This document shows, piece by piece, positions 52,978-64,000 of a DNA stretch of 64,000 nt. Made by a program: the position numbers and the translations under genes. Origin of the DNA: Octopus bimaculoides (lineage: Eukaryota). Location: assembly GCF_001194135.2 (NCBI RefSeq), contig NC_068981.1, forward strand, positions 14,007,968 through 14,071,967, written 5' to 3'. Under the pieces are notes generated by a model, which saw nothing but the letters and a program-made list of their open reading frames with translations, was not told the DNA's origin and did no database searches. The stretch's first letter is position 1, and each line of letters begins with the position of its first letter.

Positions 52978-53467
52978 CTGTAAAGATATGTGACACTTAT
53001 TCAGTAGCCATGATAAAACTCCGAGTTTCGGATGCCAGGGTGGGGGGTTCCACTCCAACATCTCTTCAGTTATCCAGTCACCGGAGATTCTTTTGAAAAA
53101 TGACCGTTAGACCCAAAGGGAAATTAAAAACAAAGGGAAATAAGCAGGGGGAAAATAAACAAAGGGACATTACTGTGTAGTGTCAAAATCCGTCTAAAAC
53201 TGCGTATATGTGCGTGCGTATATGTGCGTGCGTGTACGATATACGCAGTTTTAGACGGGTTTTGACACTACAGAGTAATTTCCCTTTGTTTATTTTCCCC
53301 CTGCTTATTTTCCTTTGTTTTTAATTTCCCTTTGGGTCTAACGGTCATTTTTCAAAAGAATCTCCGGTGGCTGGATAACTGAAGAGATGTTGGAGTGGAC
53401 CCCCCACCCTGGCATCCGAAACTCGGAGTTTTATCATGGCTACTGAATAAGTGTCACATATCTTTAC

Positions 53468-53469
<2 letters not shown>
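52978..53469. repeat. Near-perfect palindrome with a hammerhead motif in each arm
   Basis: Arms 52978-53209 and 53239-53469 with 5 substitutions and 1 indel; 29-nt spacer. Confidence 0.95.
53374..53435 (+). ncRNA. Minimal type-I hammerhead ribozyme motif, intact core
   Basis: GAUAA-CUGAAGA-GAUGUUGG...CUGGCAUC-C-GAA-ACUCGGAGU-U|UUAUC with a GUU triplet. The mirror copy at 53012-53074 (-) also has an intact core. Confidence 0.65.
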
Positions 53470-53534
<65 letters not shown>

Positions 53535-55422
53535 CACCTCTCATTGCGAAATGTAACTAATTCTTACAGAGGATGCGCAAAGAATGAGTAAATACCCGAA
53601 CTTAAAATTATTCCCAACAAAATAGGTACCCGAATACAGAGACAATGTTTATAAAAGACAGCAAATTTACATGACTTTGTTTCCATTTGAATGCCGTTTT
53701 TTCTTTATGCCGCATAAAATTTCTCCTCCATGAAAAATATACATGTTTGGATGCAACATTGTTAATCCATGCTATGTTAATCACTAGACTTGTACAGAAC
53801 TGCGTTCAATTTATTATTATATCATTTATATTAATATATTAAGTCGTTACTTATAATAAAATATAATCTAGTTTCTATTAATTACTGATAAGAACACAAT
53901 ATTTCGTTTTGCAAACATAACATACTACCAAGTAGTATTAAAGGTGTGTAAGCCAATACTGTTTCCTACTATTGTGTTAGCAGTGCGTTGTATGCACATA
54001 TACTCATTACTTATTTTCCTATTTTCGATCGCATTCTTTACATAGGAGTATTCGTATACGAAGCGTCGTAACTTTCAGTGCTGGCTCTAATTTCCATAGA
54101 TTTTCTGCAGAGTTAAACTTAAAAAAACCTAGTTTCTGATATCACGTATATTGTGAAAAATAATTGCGAAATGTTAATAAATTACGGATTAAAGATTCAG
54201 TGCATTATATTGCTGTACCCATAGAATCAGGAAATATAAGGGTCTTTTGAGCTAACTCATATTCAATGTAGTTCACGAAAATTTCTTATTCATATGTGAC
54301 AAATAGGCAGAAGGTGCAAGTGAAAGAGTCTGTATGCTATAATGCTTGGAAAACTGCAGGCGAATTATTTATTATACATGTCTTTTGACGGATCGCAGCT
54401 AAGAGATCTGAAGAAATTACATCTGACTTTCCTAAAATCACAATTCTTAAAGTGTTCTCCGTTTAATTATAAATATATAACGCTGTCACGTAGAGAAAAA
54501 GCCTCAAACAAGCTTCATATAAAGTCGGAAAAACGCTGACATGTTTCTATTAATAATTCAATATACATGATATACATTCTTGCAAAACTTGATGCAGGAT
54601 TATCTAAATAAAAGATATCTTTCTACCGAATGTCAATAAATTCAGCAGCAACTACAAAATACTTTCTCTCAGGTCGTTTGAGTGAGTAATGGTTCTGACT
54701 CGGGATCATGTTACATTTTGCTTTTAAGGAAATGTATCAAATATATGAATAATTCTACAATGTTCCGATATACTCAGGGGTACACAGTGTTGTCAAAGTT
54801 ATGTTATATTTATTAAACATATTCCACCTATATCTTTCTATACATTTGTTATGGGGATTTTGTTTCTGGATATGTCGCTGAATTCATAAAAGAGAAAAAT
54901 AATCTAAGACCCCCAACAACTAAATACTACAAAATATATGCGGCTAACATGATGTAAAATGTTTCCGTTATAATCACCCGGGTAGAGCGTTCTTCTAATG
55001 AAAATCGTCACAAATGTAGTTTTGTGCCAATAACATAATTGAACATACAAAGTATAGTAAATGATATCTAATACTCGGACATTGCTTTTGATAGAAAACA
55101 AGAACGGTCTTTATTTAAATATATATTAGAGCAAATAAATGAGTGCATATATGTGTAATTCATTTGTATGATAAATAAATTGTATTACTTCATGCACATA
55201 TTGCATGAACATATATGAAATCAGATTAGATATTGAGTTCATTCAGTTGTGTAAAAGAAAGGAAAATATATAAAGTTCCCTAACACTACACACACACGAA
55301 CATATATGTACACACAAAAATGCATATGTGTACACACATATACACCTATTTACAAACATATGCCTGCATATACATACACATACATTTACATATACATATT
55401 CACATACTTGCTTACATACATA

Positions 55423-55532
<110 letters not shown>

Positions 55533-56096
55533 TATGTATTACACCCACGTCTCTCTCAGTGTGTCTATGTGTGTAGAGTAATTAAGTATTATATTTCATA
55601 GGACTATCGACTACTCTACTGATAGGTCAGGAAAGGAGTATATGTACATTTGCATGTTTGACTAAGCTCCTTGTTAAACATCATGTACTATCGATAGATT
55701 TCCTTACATGCTACTTTCTTGCCAAGTACTTAAAAACTTTCGATCTATAATACATCAATATTTGTCCTTTAACCAATGTAACACTTACAGTATGATTAAT
55801 ATTTTGGGGGATCGAACCATATTGTGTTTCATATATGTGTGTGGGTGCTTGTGTGTGTGTGAGTGTATGTGTGTATGTGTGTGTATTCAGAGAGGCAGAA
55901 AGAGAGAGAACGAAGAACGACATATAATAATTACACAACTTTGATGCTGTGTTATTCGTATGAACATAACACTCCCTAAACGTTACATTCCACCTGTTAG
56001 TTCGGATTTAAGCAATATAAATATATACTACCGTGTAAATTTAGATCTATCTCACCTTTCAGAAATCAATTAATCTCGCAATTCACATATCCAATA

Positions 56097-56139
<43 letters not shown>

Positions 56140-59100
56140 NNNNNNNNNNNNNNNNNNNNNNNNNNNNNNNNNNNNNNNNTATATATATACATATATATAA
56201 CATTGCACAGTTGTGCTCCATATCTCATATTTACAGCTTCGTCTCACAAATGGGATTACTCTGTGTTTAGAGTCGTTGTCATTACACCAACAGGCATAGT
56301 ATGCTACCGCAGTTATGTATTGATCGAAAGCTTATTCTGTAATTCTTACCATAGATTTATTAGTTCATTCTGTCGGTTGAACTCTGGAAGCCAACATCTG
56401 TGATCTTATAATGGACAGAACAGCAGAAATAAAATGTTCGTCATCATCTTACACGTGGGGATTGATTAGGAAGAGGTCCCATCAACTACGCATAAATATA
56501 ACATAATATTGCTTGACATTCACAAATAAAATATGGGTTTATGAATACATAACATCTGCTTGAATACTAAATAAGGAACTCAATGGAAGCTGATGGATGT
56601 ATTTCGTGGGCTATAAAGAGACGAAATATTTAATACGAATTTAATGTTACACCAACGAGTTGGTAGAAATGTGGCATCACTTGACGGAGTGGTTTATGTT
56701 ATTTAGCCTGATGTTTCCATTTTGGGTTTTCATTTATCTCAGACCGCTAGTAGATCCTCAATGTGTGCATAATTAATTAGATGCTTACCATTAATATGCT
56801 GAATTCATTTCCGACTACATTTCACTTTTGTCTAACTATAAATCTAATTCAATCATCATATATATTCATGCTACAACATTTATAGCTATATCAGTGATAT
56901 TTAATAAATTATATAATTGTGTTCGAAATTGGCTATAAAAACCAAATTTGTTTGGAACATTTTAGCACATATTTTGACTGCGTTTACTATTCAATTTTCA
57001 TTTTTTATATAAAGTCGCTACGTTCACCATAATATATTAGCCTATTTATTTTTTCGCACATAGGCAGTAATGGTAATGAGTATATGATATTATGACTACT
57101 ACAAGGATGTATGTAGTGGAACATACGTGAAAATCTGCCAAGTTAAGCACTCAATTTACTGGAAATTTACTGGTAAAAAAGTAAATTTTGTTGTGTTTTA
57201 AATTAATTCCAGATAAGTGATTTACCATATATCAACGATAAATCGACCAGATGTCAGTGTGTTACTTGGTCTTCTATTATCTTTCCCATTATGATTTGAC
57301 CTCATGCTACGGAATAATTCAGCAGATGTATTTTCGTTTCCACTACAATGATCTGTTCATTCGGTCAATCCTAATATATCTGATATCACTAACACAATAT
57401 GAAACACGAGTTAATAATGTAAAATAACCATCATCCAAATAAAAGTATAACTAATCATATTTATTCCTCTAATGGACAGTGAATCGAAGAATATTTGAAA
57501 TTCCAACTGAAGAGATTGAAACGGAGGATGTCTTATTTCCGCCAATATTCATACTCTTTATATAATCTCCATCTGAATATTTCTCCTTCAGTCATTTGTT
57601 TTTCAATGAACGTCTGATACTCTTTGAACATTACTAATGCCGGATATGAAGTCAGGTGTTGAGTGGTTCACATTTCGACCTATCATGTTTCTGATATAAA
57701 GTAAGAAGTTCCTATTTTGCCAGGTAATTGATAAAATTGTGTTAAATTAAATTTTCTAAAGCCATTGAGAATTTTGTAATTCAAAGGAAAGCAAGTGATT
57801 AAAATAGTGGAAGTTTTGCATTTTACTATTTCACTTTCTATCAATCTTACAATCTCTAAAACAATATTCGATAGAGTTTTAGTGTTTTTCTTCGTGTGAG
57901 CTTAAGGAATTTCAATTAATGATCTGATGTGGAAATACTTGGGAAGCAATAAATAATAAGTGAAGTAAATTATATGAATAAATACACGTTAAAATCTACA
58001 CGGATTGATTTTAGCGATAGTAAATTTACTGTAGGAAATAAACTTCTTCAATACTTTCACACCTGACAAATGCTTGTGCTATGGATTTCACTGTGTCATA
58101 TGTTGACTTTTTTTAGAGAGGGAGATAACAAGCTTAAGCATTTTCTCGATAATTAAAATCAGATTAAAATAAACATTTATCATTCATTCACTGTTCATTC
58201 ATTCTAAATTACACTGTCATAATGAGGATATTTAACCACATCAAATCTGATTTGCAAATATTTCAGTTTTTCTCAAGGCTGCACCAGTTTATAACATCTA
58301 AAAATATCTGAGATGAAATGTTTCTAACCAATTTAACTTTAATGAATTGCCGTTACACCAAAGGAAATTTACAGCATTTTTTTTCATTCTATTATTCACT
58401 ATGAAAGGGAGATGTGATTCTTCCAATAATGTATAGATTGTGATAAAGTGAGATTAAAAAGACAGATTAGCTGTTTTGATCAGGAGGAAAATTTATGATT
58501 GAAGGATTCAAATCTTTGTAACCGTGAGTTGAAACGATCCACAAAGTTATATAATACAGCTTCAAGAACGTCAGACAAATTTCTTGGGTAAAAATTCTGC
58601 TAAAATAACTGTAACTGTTAAATTAGATCAAAAGATTATAGCATGCACTCAGAAAATACCGTTTTGCCTTTTATACTTTTCGGTTCGATAAAAAAAAGTA
58701 CCAATCCAAGAAGATGGATTAGCAGAAGATTAAAACCTCCTCCTGCTATGAGTTGCTTTAACAAAGTCCTCTCTGCTGCTAGCATTTCTGGTAAGTCTAC
58801 GATTTCAGTATGGCTTCCTTCCTATTTCCTTCCCTCCTTCACTCTCACCATTCTTAAATTCCTTGAATTTGACCATAACTAGTGTCTATCTTCTTAACTT
58901 ACACAGGCCGAAAAAATATGAGATAATATTTGTATACAGGGCATACTAAAAAGGGGAAAATTAGGCCATCATTTTCATTAAATCATCTGTACTTTTATCA
59001 GTTTTACGTTTGATGCGTAGATAGCATGAATTCGTGATTCGTATCTTAAGCATGGTTCTCCCCGCCATACGCGTATATAAATAAGAAGAAAAAGACAAAT

Positions 59101-60289
59101 GTTTTAAAAACTTTATCATAAAAGGGAGAAATTATTATATTTTATCATAAGACGCTACTGGTTTCTATTGTTAAAACAGTTTTAATCATGTTAAACCGAA
59201 GGGTAAATGAACCAAATTAAACTTACATAGTTACAGTTGTAAAATACGTACACATGATGTCCATACTAAACTCTCACAGCTTCAACTTCTCGCTTCCAAT
59301 GACAGTTGAAGGCATATATATTGTTAAATACGTTATTATTATTAGAAAAATAATAATAATGTATATGACTTCATATATTTGTCTTGCATTAACGTCTGTT
59401 GTTCGCTATATCAGAAATCTACAATGGCTCCATATCTACCGTTTCGGTTATAATCTTGGAGCCCTGGTAATCCGTTACAGCATTTATCTAGCGTACCTAG
59501 TCGTTTAGATCACCTGTGAACTAAACCCCCATATGTTANNNNNNNNNNNNNNNNNNNNNNNNNNNNNNNNNNNNNNNNNNNNNNNNNNNNNNNNNNNNNN
59601 NNNNNNNNNNNNNNNNNNNNNNNNNNNNNNNNNNNNNNNNNNNNNNNNNNNNNNNNNNNNNNNNNNNNNNNNNNNNNNNNNNNNNNNNNNNNNNNNNNNN
59701 NNNNNNNNNNNNNNNNNNNNNNNNNNNNNNNNNNNNNNNNNNNNNNNNNNNNNNNNNNNNNNNNNNNNNNNNNNNNNNNNNNNNNNNNNNNNNNNNNNNN
59801 NNNNNNNNNNNNNNNNNNNNNNNATATATATATATATATATATATAATGTGTGTGTGCATGTATGAATATGTGTGCGTAAGTGGAATGAGAGGGGAGCAT
59901 AAATAGTTATGACTAATCGTATTTAGAACGATATCGACAGATATCGCTATGCATGAGATATTACATTGTTCACAATTACATACAATCACATGCGTTGTTG
60001 CGCATAGAAATGTGCTTCATTATGAAATATATATATATTTTTAATAAGGTACCCAAGGGAGGAAAAGTAATGCTTACTCCATTTTGGTTACAGCAGACTG
60101 AACAGTATTAATTAACTAGCATACATAGATAGCGTGTTTGTGAAGTAGAGAAATATAACTTCACTGTACAAAGACCCACTTCTAAAACCCACAAGCTGTC
60201 TAGAAAAAATAAAATGAAGAACAGCTCTAGTAGTTATATCTGGTCAAGACGAGAAATCATCGGCATGTCGTTCGTTCTTCAGAGAGACA

Positions 60290-60392
60290 AAGAGAGAGTG
60301 AGAGAGTGTAAGAGAAATAGAGACTGTGTGGAAGAAAGAGGCAGAGAGTGGAAGAGAGAGAGGAAGTGGAAGAGAGAGAGGAAGTGGAAGAG

Positions 60393-60434
<42 letters not shown>

Positions 60435-60535
60435 CAAGAGACTGGGAGAGAAATAGAGAGCAAGAGAGTGGAAGAGAGAGAGAGAGAAAGCGAGAGAGTG
60501 AAAGAGAAAGGGAGAGAAAGAGAGAAAGAGATTGG
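60290..60535. repeat. Polypurine (GA-rich) tract with an internal 16-bp tandem unit
   Basis: Near-pure G/A on the + strand; gagagaggaagtggaa-type unit repeated about three times. Confidence 0.9.
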
Positions 60536-60826
60536 TGAGGGGAACATTGAAATACAATTATACAGTATATGACTAAATTTTGTTAATTAAGATGTGTCTT
60601 CATCGAAGGTATTGTTATGCAAATTACTAAAATAATGTCTGATATACATCGCATATATTAAGTACCTCATAGGTAATTGCAAGTTTGTGTGTCTCTCTTG
60701 AGAACAAATGAAGTAAACAGTCCGCCTGAATGTCTAACAGTTAATGAAGATAATTATCTGGATATTAATCTTGTGTGAATTTATTTAGGTTTTCACACGT
60801 ATATATATATATATATATATATGTAA

Positions 60827-60861
<35 letters not shown>

Positions 60862-61864
60862 CTCTTACACATTACACACATTATTGTTTGATCTTAATTT
60901 AAAGTTATATATGAAAACAGTTGAGTCTTAAATTGAAGGACAACTCAACAGATTTATTACTGTAAATAACTTTCTTATATAAATGTTAGAAAAATGTTGA
61001 AAATGACTTTAAAATTTCGGTTTCCTAGCTATCATGAGACATTCTCATGATGGATAATAAGCTAAGAATTTTGGAAATAGTTACGAAAGGAAAATAGTTA
61101 CGAAAGGAAAATGGTACGGTTTTTGACACGACCACACATCACTCAAACTCCCACTTTTGAAAATCCTACCTATGTAAAGGCGGCTAAGTGTTTTACGATT
61201 AATAAATCTTAAATACTATGAGTACATTTTCAACTTATTTTATTACTTTCATACAACTACTTGCATGGATTAACAACTCTACCTACCTACCTACCTATCT
61301 AAACCCACCCACCCATCCATCCATCTATCCATCCATCCATCCATCCATATACATTACGTTTCAAATTAATACCGACACAGCGAGTCTATATGTGTGTGTA
61401 TCCTTACTTTTAAATGTATAATCTAGGAATTAAATACAAAATACAAGTAAATAAAGCAATGTATATATATATATATGTGCATACCCACACGTACACACTA
61501 CCACAATATATATTTGATTGTCTGAAACTCTTCATATTAATATTGATGTTTCACGATTACGATGAAAAGTAATTTTTTAAAATCTTCATATTGAGTACAA
61601 GTGTTCCTGTGCCGTCTTTAATCACGCCAAAAATGTTTATCTTAATTAAATTTAATTAAATTATTTACAAAATGAGGTGCAAATAAATAAGATTTGTCAA
61701 TGATCACTGAAAAACGCCGGAAAACCAGGAAATTGATGTCTGTTAAAAATAAAGACAATATTGTTATCTGTAAATGATGAATGTTATGTCCGGATGAATA
61801 ACGCTTCTGGTTTCTTAAAATTATTTAGAATATTTTCATATATATTCAAGACTGGCAACTACAT

Positions 61865-61897
<33 letters not shown>

Positions 61898-62169
61898 NNN
61901 NNNNNNNNNNNNNNNNNNNNNNNNNNNNNNNNNNNNNNNNNNNNNNNNNNNNNNNNNNNNNNNNNNNNNNNNNNNNNNNNNNNNNNNNNNNNNNNNNNNN
62001 NNNNNNNNNNNNNNNNNNNATATATATATATATATATATATAAACACACACACAAACATTCACATACACACACACACAAACTAAAGCAGTATGCATTAAA
62101 AAATATATTCAAGTTTTCCAAGTGCACACATACAAACACGTACATGCATATATACACACATTTAAATAA

Positions 62170-62590
62170 TGCAGACCTCTAATAGAATGGATCCTACGAA
62201 CCTTTGTGATAAGAAACCGGTGGTTATGCTGACTCTATGGAAAGCCTTACTTCTGAGCAGATTAGTTTAATATTCACTCCTTCGGTCTACAAATTCATCC
62301 AGTCTCATACAGACTGGTGGAGCTACAAACAATGATATCAGTAAAATAACTTCGGTTAAAAGCCTTAATTACTGGGAATGTCTGAAAGTTCTGCGTCTCT
62401 ACTCGCTTGAATATCGAGGAGAGAGATGTACTATCATTTGCGTATGGAAAATTCTGTAGGGGCATGTTCCAACCTTCGGTAATAGACAGATTATAAGGCT
62501 GTCAGATTCTAAACATACCACTTTTGAAACCATGAACAAGAGCGTTTCATTGTACCAGTCTGATATTTAGCGATCTTCAATTTTTCAACT
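62170..62590 (+). mobile_element. CR1-group LINE ORF2 fragment
   Basis: WILRTF...VMLTLWKALL...KSLNYWECLKVLRLYSLEYRGERCTIICVWKIL*GHVPTFG. Confidence 0.8.
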
Positions 62591-62906
62591 GCTTGCTTAT
62601 GAAATAAGAAATATAAAAATGAATTCTACTGAAACCATGAATATGAAAGTATAGGATAAATTCCTAATGATGGTACCGGACTAGCCAAGCATTCAACGAT
62701 ACATTCAGGGAAAATCAGCCCCTAAAAACTCATAATGCGACAACAGAACCGAAAGAAGATGAATTAAGGCAGTGCTTATGCATGTCCGCAGTCCTACGAT
62801 TACAACCATTACAAGAATAAAAGAATATATATATGTATATATATATATGTTTGTGTATATGTACGCATATTCATACATATGTATATAAAATATACTTGCA
62901 TACACT

Positions 62907-62938
<32 letters not shown>

Positions 62939-64000
62939 AATGTATATACTGTATACACATATGGAAATGTGTAAAATTCTTAATTTAGATTATATATGCA
63001 CCCAGAAAAAATAAAACGACCAATTCATCACAATTCGGACTAACTTCAAATGAATTTTTCAAAAGTGAAAGAAAAATGTCTGATTTTCTTGAAGACAAGA
63101 GGACATTCGTTGGCATGTGTTTCAGCCGCAACAGAGGTCATCAAAACAGCAGATCGAGACATACAGGCATTGACAGAAAATGTGCAACATATCTACGTCC
63201 TAATTAATAAAGCGAGATGAGAGAAATAACTCTGTATGACCAACAGTGTGTAATGGAAAAACACAGGCGCATATTCATATATGAGTATGTGTGTGTGCGT
63301 GTATGTGTGCGTTTCTGTGAGTGTGTAATTACTCTTAGAAATATGTGTAATTCAGAGATCACTCTCAGTTATGTATAGAGAAAAAAGACACCGAGTATAG
63401 GTAAATAGAACATGCAGTGAGGACTTTTAACTTTACATAAAAGATTTTAGCTGATTCATAAATTATATGTACTATCAGCTACATTTACATAAAGAAAAAC
63501 ACGCGCGTGCGTACACAAACATTTATGTATATGCAAACAACACTGCAGGCGAAGAAAACATGAAAATACAGACATGCATATTAATTAATAACATACGGAT
63601 ATACAGTTGTATGAAGAAATTGATATTCGTATACATGAGAATGTGCGCGCGCACACACACACACACATGCACACACACATACACACACACATACACACAC
63701 AAATATATATATACACGTAGAGATGTATTATGCATTTGTTCGCAAAAAACATAAGTACTTTTCTTTACATTTTACATGGCTAACTTATATATATATATAT
63801 ATATATATCTTATAGTCATGTGGCATACACGGCACACACATTTTATGCAAAGTCATGTGTTACACGAATATATTCATAAAAAAATTCTAAACACCTTATT
63901 CGTTGTGCCTATTGAATATACATATTCAAATTTTCTATATAAACAGATATTGAAAATTATTTCGGACGTGTTTATTCAATATATCTCCTGGCAAGTCAAA

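Noticed and set aside
52205-54660. Two similar ~50-bp segments (ggattatcta.ataaaagatatct...gaatgtcaataaat) at ~52.2 and ~54.6 kb
   Set aside because: Most likely fragments of an old dispersed repeat, with no structure or boundaries to support more.

Overview
AT-rich, microsatellite-dense animal genomic DNA with nine N-gaps. The SINE and repeat families look like those of Octopus, but that species call is my inference from recalled repeat sequences. The window holds part of a minus-strand AMPA-type ionotropic glutamate receptor gene. One clear amino-terminal-domain exon lies at 19829-20077, and a probable signal-peptide first coding exon lies at 47633-47789, ending at a GC donor. The rest is intronic or flanking DNA with tRNA-SINEs, three mariner remnants, LINE fragments (CR1-type, RTE, R4/Dong-like), a decayed Penelope-like element (PLE) and a possible Helitron end. 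Main hunt result: five long inverted repeats that look mutually unrelated (8.6, 11.9, 45.9, 46.6 and 53.0 kb) look like MITEs but carry or adjoin minimal type-I hammerhead ribozyme (HHR) motifs, always pointing outward from the centre. One pair brackets a tRNA-like Pol III promoter, which suggests a PLE-mobilised, ribozyme-tailed SINE. Second result: a 54-bp inverted repeat starts exactly at the putative receptor AUG and covers the segment between two in-frame AUGs, with clustered A.C mismatches on the mRNA strand. All folds and alignments were done by eye; no searches were run.
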